NCBI GenBank assembly: GCA_048885535.1
Contig: JBHLLO010000003.1
Coordinates: 1-39,929 of the forward strand
DNA from: Candidatus Hermodarchaeota archaeon
GTDB taxonomy: Archaea > Asgardarchaeota > Lokiarchaeia > Sigyniarchaeales > SOKP01
Direction of reading: 5' to 3'
Length of the DNA: 39,929 bases
The notes beneath the pieces are model-generated. The model did no database searches, was not told the DNA's origin, and worked only from the letters and a program-made list of their open reading frames with translations. Shown here piece after piece: positions 10,317-20,600 of the stretch. Position 1 is the stretch's first letter, and each line of letters starts with the position of its first letter. A program made the position numbers and the translations under genes.

Positions 10317-11333
10317 ATGAATAAATTAATTGAAGAACAAATCGAGGATATTGATAAGCAAGCAAAGTTATTTCCTAAAGGAACTATCCACCATCTTTCA
10401 ACGGAGACATTTTTCTGGAGTTTTTCTTTGGTGTATAAAGCACGTAGGTTTGATGTAATTAAATGGAAAACAGCTTTTTCTTGGAAAGAAGTTGTGAATG
10501 AAAGTGGAAGGAAAATACAAGAGATTGATAAGGGGTTATTTATTGGAGTAATTGGCGGTATTTTCTTTTTTTTAATAGATGAAAATATTGATAGAAATTA
10601 CATTAAGTTAGCTGAAATGATTGATATTTTTATTCAAAAAACTAATCAAGAAGCTCCCTTCTTAGTTTATGGTCTTCTAGAAAGTAAGCAAAAAGTTGCT
10701 GAATTAAAAACTAATTCCGAAATGTTAAAAAATCTAGCGGATATAAAATCTTTGGTTTCTAAATATGGAGGAGAATTCAAAATTGACAATTTAAAAGAAA
10801 TTAAAATGAATTTACCTCACTTAATCAGAGAGTATTCGCATTACATCTTAGTAAACTTTAAGTCTTCTTCAACCAATTACTCAGATTTAAAGTTTAATCA
10901 GGTATATTTCTTAGATTACGAAGATTTGACAGCATTAAAAGAAATTGAATTATCACTAAGCGAACAATTAGAAGCTGGTGAGACTGTAGATGAATTGTTA
11001 TCTGAATTATTTTTTAAATATTTAAAACAATATCAAGAAGAGAGAGAATTAGCTGCAGAAACAACTAAAACTGAAAAAGTTCACAAACCAATTCCTGAAA
11101 AAGCTCAAGTAATTAAGGTAATCATTGAAGAAATAAAAAAAGGCATAAGAAGGCAATGTCCTAAATGCCTAAATAATGACAGAAATAGAATAAGAGAAGT
11201 GATCGATAGAGATAATGTTATTATGGAAAACCCTAATATTTATGGCTTCAAATATATTTGTGGGATGTGTGGTCATGAATTTAGGAAAAGTGATATGATC
11301 AAAAAAGTAAAAGAAGGACAGGAGAATTCATAG
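10317..11333 (+). CDS. Hypothetical protein: degenerate Rab-like GTPase fold plus C-terminal Zn ribbon
   Basis: WKTA at the WDTAG position, GVIGGIFFFLID, APFLVYG; RRQCPKC...YICGMCGHEF. The frame is open upstream to 10224 (YQIIVGD). Confidence 0.6.
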   Translation: MNKLIEEQIEDIDKQAKLFPKGTIHHLSTETFFWSFSLVYKARRFDVIKWKTAFSWKEVVNESGRKIQEIDKGLFIGVIGGIFFFLIDENIDRNYIKLAEMIDIFIQKTNQEAPFLVYGLLESKQKVAELKTNSEMLKNLADIKSLVSKYGGEFKIDNLKEIKMNLPHLIREYSHYILVNFKSSSTNYSDLKFNQVYFLDYEDLTALKEIELSLSEQLEAGETVDELLSELFFKYLKQYQEERELAAETTKTEKVHKPIPEKAQVIKVIIEEIKKGIRRQCPKCLNNDRNRIREVIDRDNVIMENPNIYGFKYICGMCGHEFRKSDMIKKVKEGQENS

Positions 11334-11423
11334 TTCTTTAAGATTTTTATTCAAATTCAAAAAATTTTCAACTTTTTAAAGGTGTAAAAAATTAAAATTG
11401 AATTTGCAAATCGATTAGAGAGA

Positions 11424-12566
11424 TTGCCTAAATATATTTTTGCGGCTATTGAAGAGTTGAAAGAAAAGAAAAAAAAAGAAGGTGTAGATTTAATATCTCT
11501 AGGGATAGGAGATCCTGATTTGCCCACTCCAGATCTGATTATTAATGAATTAATTCAACAGGTACAAATAGCTGAAAATCAGAATTATCCCTCAAGTATG
11601 GGAGAACAGGATTTTAGAGATGCTGTTGCAAGATGGAATGAAGTAAGATATTCTATAAATTTGGATTCTGCAACTGAAGTATCCCATGTGCTGGGAGGTA
11701 AAGAAGGAGTAGCTAATATTGCTAGAGCGTTTATCAATCCAGAAGATTTAGTTTTATGCCCAAATCCTGGATATCCTGTTTATGAAAATGGAGCAACAAA
11801 GTTATGTGATGGAAAACCATACTTGCTTCCCTTAAAAAAAGAAAATGATTTTTTACCTAATATTGATTCCATTGATACAAAGATCCTGAAAAAGGCTAAA
11901 TTGATTTACTTAAATTATCCTAATAATCCTACGGGAGCAATTGCTCCACAAGATTTTTTGAAAAAAATGGTGGATTACGCTGAAGATTATAATTTTATCA
12001 TAATTCATGACAATCCATATTCTGAATTCACTTTTAATGATTATATAGCACCGTCAATATTACAATTTAGTTTAGAGCATGTAGAAATCAATAGTGCTTC
12101 TAAGATGTTCAATATGACTGGTTTTCGATGTGGCTGGATTGCTGGAAATGCAAAGATTATTGAAGGTCTAAGGAGGGTAAAATCTCAAATTGATTCAGGG
12201 GGTCCCATCTTTATTCAAAAAGCAGTAATCAAGGCACTTAATGAATACAAATCAAATAAGAAACCAGAGATTGTCGCAAAAACTATGAAGACGTATGAAG
12301 AAAGGCGAGATGTTTTAGTAAATGGTCTTAATAAGATGGGTTGGAAAACAGATAAACCAAAGGCTACTTTCTACATTTGGACTCAAATCCCTAAGGAAGA
12401 ACATAGTAGTATGGAATTTGTAAAAAAGTTGATTAATGTGGGTGTAATTGTTACACCTGGCATTGGATTTGGAAAATGTGGAGAGGGATTTATTAGATTT
12501 GCATTAACTCAACCTCTTGAGAGAATAAAAGAAGCTTTAGAAAGGATTGAAAAAGTAATAAATTAA
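11424..12566 (+). CDS. dapL: PLP-dependent class I/II aminotransferase, LL-diaminopimelate aminotransferase-like
   Basis: LISLGIGDPDLPTP, GGKEG, LNYPNNPTG, DNPYSE, SASKMFNMTGFR (PLP Lys), TPGIGFG..GEGFIRFAL. Likely start is ATT 11391. Substrate is not proven. Confidence 0.8.
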   Translation: MPKYIFAAIEELKEKKKKEGVDLISLGIGDPDLPTPDLIINELIQQVQIAENQNYPSSMGEQDFRDAVARWNEVRYSINLDSATEVSHVLGGKEGVANIARAFINPEDLVLCPNPGYPVYENGATKLCDGKPYLLPLKKENDFLPNIDSIDTKILKKAKLIYLNYPNNPTGAIAPQDFLKKMVDYAEDYNFIIIHDNPYSEFTFNDYIAPSILQFSLEHVEINSASKMFNMTGFRCGWIAGNAKIIEGLRRVKSQIDSGGPIFIQKAVIKALNEYKSNKKPEIVAKTMKTYEERRDVLVNGLNKMGWKTDKPKATFYIWTQIPKEEHSSMEFVKKLINVGVIVTPGIGFGKCGEGFIRFALTQPLERIKEALERIEKVIN

Positions 12567-12577
12567 AAATAAATAAG

Positions 12578-12790
12578 TTATTTTTTTTTTGAATATTTAC
12601 TTCTGAGATATCCTATTCTTCTCTGATCTTCACCCTCAATCTTACCTTCTGAAGAATCAGAAAAATCTAATGAAATCATAATAGGGGCTCTGTCAGAATC
12701 CCAATCTTTATAATAATCTAAGATCAGTTTAGAATCTAGATTCTCTGCAAGTTTCTTTCGCGTTTTTACCACCTCCTTTTTTTTAATCAA
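12578..12790 (-). CDS. Small hypothetical charged protein (up to 70 aa)
   Basis: ORF convergent with dapL (11-nt gap); strong SD-like AAGGAGGTG at 12778-12770; start codon uncertain. Confidence 0.5.
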   Translation of the reverse strand: MIKKKEVVKTRKKLAENLDSKLILDYYKDWDSDRAPIMISLDFSDSSEGKIEGEDQRRIGYLRSKYSKKK

Positions 12791-12847
12791 TTATCATGCA
12801 GAGAGAGAAACCCTACCCAAACCTCTTTCTTAAAATTTTGAAAAATA

Positions 12848-12976
12848 TTATGTGGAGAGAACAAATCCCTAAAAATTGTAAGAAAAAGGTCAGAAAAAGG
12901 ATTTATTCTCTCTTCATAACACTACAACTGGGATAAAGGCTCTCTTATAGCCTTCCCACGAGATTGTAGTATTATG
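12848..12976. other. Two adjacent long inverted repeats (possible structured RNA or leader)
   Basis: 12848-12868 pairs with 12899-12919 (18/21 Watson-Crick pairs). ACTACAA/TTGTAGT (12921-27/12964-70) encloses TGGGA/TCCCA and AAGGCT/AGCCTT. Confidence 0.45.
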
Positions 12977-13197
12977 TTGTGAAAATACCATTTTTAATAT
13001 GATAGGTTATTATAAAAAATAAAATAGCGTAAACTTATAAATTTACCCAATCCTTTCCCACTTGTTATATTATTCAGACAATTAACTAAACAGTTTTATT
13101 CAAATCACTTTCCTTAAGAATTCATTAAATGAATTAACTTTTTTATAATATAATATTATTTTATTTATTCTAATTGTAAAGTCTAAATTAGGAAATT

Positions 13198-14517
13198 ATG
13201 GAAAAGAGGATTGTTTTAGTTGGAGCAGGTAGTACATCTTTTGGACCATCTACATTAACAGATTTATTCCATAGTAAAGTATTGACAGGATCTACTATAG
13301 TATTGCATGATATCAATAAAGAACATTTAGAAATTATTTATAGATTAATATATGCTGAAAATGAGAATCTATACCATAAGTTTGAAATTGAATATACAAC
13401 AGATAGATCTAAAGCTTTTAAAGACGCAGATTTTATAATTAACTCTATAGAAGTTGGAGACCGATTTAAATTATGGATGGAAGATTACCAAATTCCAAGA
13501 AAATACGGATCAACACAGATTTTAGGTGAATGTGGCGGACCTGGAGGCACAATGCATGCATTTCGAATAATACCTCCAATTATAGAAATAGTAAAAGATG
13601 CTGAAAAAATTTGCCCAAATGCCTTTTTTATAAATTACTCAAATCCTTTAGCCCGAATTTGTTTAGCAATTAAGAGAGCTACCAATAGTCTGAAGTTCAT
13701 TGGACTCTGTCATCAAATAGGATTCTTAAACAAACATTTGCCTAAAATATTCAACAAACCCGTGGAGAAATTTAAGATAAAGGTAGGAGGTTTAAACCAT
13801 TTCGCTTTTTTATTGAATCTGGAGGAAATTGAAACTGGAAAGGACCTTATGCAAGAGTTCAATTTGAATGCATTTAATTATTTTAAACAAAACGAAGACC
13901 GATTTGAATTTTCAAATTTAACTTTTGAAGTGTATAGAAGATTTGGGTACTTTCCCTATGTGGGAGATAACCATTTAGGTGAATATCTTCAATTTGGTGA
14001 AGAGTTTACCAAAAGAGAAGATATGATTGATTGGATTAACCATACTGAATATCACAGAAGGATTGTTTTCGAATATTTTAAGTGGAGATTTAAAAAACTA
14101 AAGGAGGGTAGATTCCCGAAAAAAGGGATACTTCCTAAAATTCCTTCAGATGAGAGAGCAATTCCAATAATAGAAGAAATGCTTCAAAATGAAAGCAGTT
14201 ATGAAGCAGCTGTAAATATTCCCAATGAAAATATTATCGAAAATTTACCTAAAGATTTAATTTTAGAATGTTCAGCGATTGTAAATAAAAATGGAGTTCA
14301 AGGAATAAAAATAGGGAAATTGGCAAGACAAATTGCTGCACTTTTAAATATAGAGGCAATAATCCAAGATCTATGCGTTGAAGCCATATTGAAAAAATCT
14401 AGAGATTTAGCAATAACATGTTTAGCAATAGATCCTAATGTAGGCAATTTTGAAATGGCAGAGAAGATTTTTAATGAAATGAAAAGTAAGTATAATTTTT
14501 ACGATTATTTTAAATAA
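13198..14517 (+). CDS. Glycoside hydrolase family 4 (NAD+/Mn2+-dependent alpha-glycosidase)
   Basis: VGAGS, GECGGPGG, INYSNP, GLCH, GGLNH, VNIPN...NLP, DP motifs. Confidence 0.92.
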   Translation: MEKRIVLVGAGSTSFGPSTLTDLFHSKVLTGSTIVLHDINKEHLEIIYRLIYAENENLYHKFEIEYTTDRSKAFKDADFIINSIEVGDRFKLWMEDYQIPRKYGSTQILGECGGPGGTMHAFRIIPPIIEIVKDAEKICPNAFFINYSNPLARICLAIKRATNSLKFIGLCHQIGFLNKHLPKIFNKPVEKFKIKVGGLNHFAFLLNLEEIETGKDLMQEFNLNAFNYFKQNEDRFEFSNLTFEVYRRFGYFPYVGDNHLGEYLQFGEEFTKREDMIDWINHTEYHRRIVFEYFKWRFKKLKEGRFPKKGILPKIPSDERAIPIIEEMLQNESSYEAAVNIPNENIIENLPKDLILECSAIVNKNGVQGIKIGKLARQIAALLNIEAIIQDLCVEAILKKSRDLAITCLAIDPNVGNFEMAEKIFNEMKSKYNFYDYFK

Positions 14518-14613
14518 CCTTTATAGATTAATTTCTTAAGCTTTTTTATGGTTTCAAAATTAAGATTAAAAAACACTAAACATTTATTTAGTGATGTTTC
14601 TATATAGTAGCTC

Positions 14614-17600
14614 ATGGAATCCAAAAAATCTAATGGGAGAATTGAACGGGCTACTACTTTTCTTACAAAATTGTGGTGGTTTTTTGCTTTCTTAATTGGG
14701 ATTCCAATAACTATTTCTACTATTAGCTTCTATGTTCTCAACTTTATTATTAGAGATATTTATATCTCCATCGGTCTTTCAGTGATTGTCTATTTATTTT
14801 CAATCTTCTTTTTTTACAAAAGTTTTGATCAATATAGAAATAAACCTTTCTTTTTTAATAACATAAATAATCTCAACGCCAGGATTCATACTTTTTTTAT
14901 AATTAGTAGTATTGCTTTGATTGTAACCCCAATATTTGTTTTTATTGCTCCTGAAGGATATTATTTTGAATTTCTTCCTTTAATTTCTTATTGTATTTTA
15001 TATAACATCATTTATTATTATTTTTTTTATAAACCTATTGAAGATTTTGATATCTCTAAATGGAGATTCAAAAGTGGTGTCAGTTTTAAATCATCATTAA
15101 AAGAATTGCATAATCTAGTAGTCATCTTGAATTATATAATTCATATTTTTTTCTTAACCTACACCTATTATACGAAGTTATCTTGGTTATTTGCTTTAGT
15201 ATCAAATTTAGTTTTTTACATATACACTATACTATCTACAAGATATTTAAGAAAGAAATTCAAAATAACTACCAAAAATGTTGAATCTATTCCTAATTAT
15301 TTAATCAAATTTAAGAAAAAGTTTACTCTATCTATTGTTAGCCTTTGCTTTGTGCTTTTACTTCAATTGCCATTTGATTTTTATCTTGTAAATGTCTTAT
15401 CTGGTGCTATTTATACCTATTTTGATTATATCATGATCAGCTTTGTATCAATGATATTCTTGTTTTTATATTTCAAGCTAAGGTTATACATTTCAATATA
15501 TTACAAGAAGGAATCCTCTAAGTTAATTAATAACGGATTAAACGATGCACGTAAAGATTCTTCGGAGTATCTAATAAAATATCAAAAATGGAATATGATA
15601 ATATCCTTACTTTTTAGCATTTTTATCCTTTTATTTTCATTAGGGATTAATTTGCCCATAATAATCATAATTATATTCCCAGGCATTATGATTGCTACTT
15701 ATTATGAGCAAAAAGCTAACTTTTGTCCAAAGAAATATAGTCGTTACATTTTTTTATTTACTAGTATTGTCATTTTAAGTTCATTAATATTTCTAATAAT
15801 TTTTTCTCTTGAACTTCAAATAATCATATTTCTAATAAGCATTTATTTGGATTTACAAATTTTTGCTTATTATGAGTATTTTGATAAAAATAAACTTATT
15901 TTTTCTCAACATTTAATAGCTTTTACATGCTTTTTAGTAATTACTTATCTATTTTATCCATTCATTTCGATAGTCTATTTAGAATTTCCAATTGACCTTT
16001 TATTATTAAATTTTATAAACCTTCTCATCTATGCCTTATTAGTAAGCTTAGCTCTATTAGGTACATTCTATTATTTATATTTCCGCTATTTTAGGAAGAA
16101 CAAATGGGCGCGTTTCAGTTTAATCTTAAACATTGTCATAATCTTAGTTGAGATTCTTTCATATACTCTTATAAATCTATATACCCTTTTTTCCACAGAA
16201 TTTAATATATTTATTATTTCTATTTTAATAAGCACTGTATTTTTACCATTAATATTTGATGTATTTATCGGATTTAACTATATTCTTGGAATATCTTCGA
16301 AAAAAAAAGCTTTAAAACAATTATACTACTCAAGTTGGATTTTAGTTTTAACAATTTTTAGTTTTGTTTTTTATATTTTCCTAAACAATTATATCTTCTT
16401 AATAGCCGATTTATTATATCTCTCTATTTTTTCGCAAATTTTAATTAAATTTGGAGAGAAAATTGAGCAAGTAAGTACTAAAACTTACAAAAAATTTGTG
16501 AATTTTAACTCGATTTTTATCCTAGTAGAGCTTTATTGCCTAATATTCTCAATTATGCTTGAAACTCTTACTTTTATCAATATCTTTGGCAATGTCTTGC
16601 TTTCTTCCTATATTTCATTGATTTCTATTGCGATTTTAATTAATATATTTTTAAGGAGGATGATTTCGAAAGTAGCAATAAAGGTTATTAATCTGGTTAG
16701 TCTGTTGTTTTCCACAGGCTTAATTTTTTATTATTTGTATACCTACACCCTTGAATCTTATTTTATTCTTATTATTCCAAGTTTGTTTTCATGCCTTTTC
16801 TTCTATATCTTCATTTTTTATCTAAAGTTATTAAGGTATGAAATATTACCAAAAGTTCTTTTCTTGATAAATTCAATTATAGTTTCTATCTCTTTATCTC
16901 TTATACCATCGTTTTTGGCATTAGAGAGAATTAAATTAGGTCTTACCATAGATTTTTTCACAGTGTTTAACTTGACTCTTTATATTATTATGGGAATATT
17001 ATTTATTATTAGCACTTTCTCACAACGATTAAAAATTAGAGAGGGAAGGAAAAGATTTACATTATTTATGCAAATTCTTGGACTTTTCGTTATAGCGGGA
17101 ACTACAGTGTTCTATTATTCAAATCTAATTTTAGGAACTACTTTTTTTGGAATAATTCCCATTCCTTTAATCGCAACATCTACATTTCTTTTCATCCCTT
17201 TTATATTACTATATAAATTTCAATTTTTTAAAGTCAAGACTAGTAAGATCCTCATCTTTTTAAACTACCTCTTCCTCTGGGGGACGATAATATCAATCCC
17301 AATCGTTTTTTGTATAGAATTCATAAGATTAGGCAATTATATTGAAATTTATATGATGGTAACGTTAATAATTATATTTCTTTATGGTTTCTTAAAATCT
17401 CTGACCCCCATATCAGAAGTCTTCAAAATAAAAGAGTATATTAATTATACAATACGAGTAATGCAAATAGGCATATGGTTTAGTATAGCGACGATGGTTT
17501 CACTAATTATACCTCTTTTCTTTTTATTCCAACAATATTATTGGTTAAATCTATTAATAATAAGCTGTGCATTAATACTTTTTTTCATGTTGAATATTGT

Positions 17601-20600
17601 AAATCTATTTCAATTAGAGAGTTTTAAGCAAAAAGTTTTTGAAAATAAAAGAAGCAAATTAGATTTTTATAAAATTTACAAAATTTTTGAATATCATAAA
17701 AATATCATTTACTTTGGATTAGTTCTTTCAATATCTCTCTTATTTTATTCGTTCTTCCAAGCTTTCAATCTTATTTATATAATTTTCCAGTCAACTGACA
17801 TATTATTAACGAGTTGCTTTAATCTAGCAATCTTCTTGATCATTACCATATTACTGTTGCATTTTACCAGTAAGATACTTAGCATAGAATTTGTTAAAAC
17901 AAGAGATATAGCTGAATTATTAATTTGGTTATGCATAAAATTCAATATTTTGTTGTTGTTCTACTTATTTCCCTTTCAAATTTCAGTTTCTAATAGAACT
18001 TTTCTAATACTTCTAGCTTTTGCCATTCAAAGCCCAATTACCATTTATTATATCAACAAACACATGATGTTGTTAGAAAGTACTGTATCGTTTATGAAAA
18101 AAGTTGTAGGATTGTTTTTCTTTATATCTATTCTTGGTCTTTTTGCGGAATATATTTGGAATGTTAACATTAGTATTTCATATTTTACTGAAAACATCTT
18201 AATTTTTATTGGCTTTCTTTTTTGTCTAATTTATCTATTTTCTAATCATTATATTATACATTTTAGTGAATTTATCCAAAAGAGAAATGTATTTAGAATA
18301 TATAGATTGTATATAATTTCCTTTATGTTATTAGGTCTCTTTCTCCTAATGAATATGCAATTTAATTTAATCTCTTTATTTGCTATATTGGTTATACTTT
18401 TTCGAAAACGGAATAGAAATGCAATCTGGCATTTACTTAATTATGTAGTAATTAGTTTTCTTAGTTTAATTGAAATAAACCTCTTTATAATAAAATATAG
18501 CTTTCTCTCTATTACTTATATTCATCCTGGATTTTACACATGGATATATTTTATATCATTTATTTCGATTTTATTTATTTCAATTATTTTTAACTTCAAG
18601 AAAATAAATGTCCTTGAGGAATTATTATTAGACTTTTTAATTCCTTCTTTAATTTTTATGACAATTTTTATTTTCTTTCCGGTTCCTATTTTCTATAATA
18701 TAACAATTTCTATTACTATTCTACTTTTTTTAATAAGTTTCTTCTTTTATCGTAAAAAAGATGAAATATATATTTGGTTTATACGTCCATGCGCCATTTT
18801 ATTTCTATTTAACCTGATAAGTATTGGTTCTTATTTCGCAATATTCAGTATTCCCCTTTATCGTGAATTCAATCTGATATTAAGCTCTACCCTAACTTTT
18901 AGTGTTATAGGATTTTGTTTCGCTTTATTTTATCACAATTTGGAAAAGAAATTTAAAAGTAAAATAATATCACTTATTCTCATTTTAAGTGTCATTAGTT
19001 CTTTCATATTTTCGTACCTCTTTATAGAAATTACGTTTATATTAAATTTTATTTTTCCATGGTTGATTGCTGGAAATATCGCAATAATTTTATCATATTT
19101 ATCTATTGGAATTTATCAGTGGAGAATTTCATGGGCAATCTGGAAGTCAGGATATTGGCTCTGGATATTTGTTCCAATTCTTAATTACCTATTAATAGCT
19201 CAATCATTTGCAGGAATCGATATCTACACAAATGCTCTAAATTTCTTTGGTTTAAATATTTATGGTTCATATTTGATTACACTTGTCATTTGTTTATTGT
19301 TATCACTACCCTTCTGGTATACTTGGATTAAAGACCATTTTAATATAGTTTTATTTATCTTATGGGGTTTTAGTTTGTTTTTAATATTTTGGTTTAGTCA
19401 AAATGCCTTTTTTGGGTTTGATATTTTGATTTATTTATCATTTTTGGGAATTTCTATAATATTTCTTATGCCAATTTTCTATAGATTAGGCTTTTGGAAA
19501 ATTCTATCAGTGTTATGGCTAATATTCACTTCACTATTAACCATTTTCATAACATTCATTTTATATGGAGTTGGTTTCTTTTTGAACCTAATCATATCCT
19601 TAGATTTAGTCTTAGTTGGATTCCTTTTCATAATATTCTCCTTTTTTCCAAATTTGAAAGCAATGAAAAACATAATATTAATAATTGCTTACTCTATAGT
19701 CATAATTGGACTTTTTTCGATTATCTTAATCTTAATGATTTCAATAACCTATAATGTTCCAATTTCGATCAATATTTCTTTCATAATAGTTGCATTTAGT
19801 TTGTTCACTTCCCGTATATTGAAATTAAACAGGAAATTATTCAATTTCTTAATATCTATGATTTTGACTGTTAACTTTTCACTTTTAACATTCTTTAGTT
19901 TTCTTATGATCCCGAATTTCGAATTTTTCGCTCTATTTTTGGCTATAAGCGTCTGTGGAGGATCTCTTCTTGTATTTAATCGATATCGAATGTTTTCTCC
20001 CATTAAAATGATTATTCCCTTATCGATCTTATCTATAGGAATCTCCTTAACAATCTCTACTTTGATATATATTTTTCTACCATATTCTTTTTTTCTTATA
20101 TCTACTGCGTTTGTTTCTATAATATTATTGATAAATTACCCTTTTCTTAAATATTTCCGTCACATTCTATGGTACTCTATTCCTGTGCCTTTTTGTTTGT
20201 TTATTATGCACTTTTTATCATTATTGGAACTGTTCCAATCAATATTTAATTTAATCTTAATCGGTTTGATTTTATATACTTCAATATTTCAAATTATTAC
20301 AAATTCAATTTACGGAAATATTAAAAGTATAAATCTTTTAGCTTTTGTTCTAAATTCTACTTACATTTCAGTATTTATAGCAATTCTTAGCCCTTTATTT
20401 ATATTCTATAAGATTCTTGAATTTTTAATAATCTGGTCCATTTTAATCTTGTTATGTATTAAATATATTGAGAAGAAAGGGCAAGAACTTTTCAAAAGCA
20501 AGACAATCGTTATAATAGTGAAAGTAAGTAGTTGTATCGCATTACTCCTCTACTTTGAAATTTCACTACTAACTACAATTATTGTCAATGATTTTATAAT

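Noticed and set aside
19479-20003. ORFs 19479-19673, 19494-19754 and 19749-20003 inside the giant gene
   Set aside because: Alternate-frame or antisense by-products of biased Ile/Leu/Phe codons.
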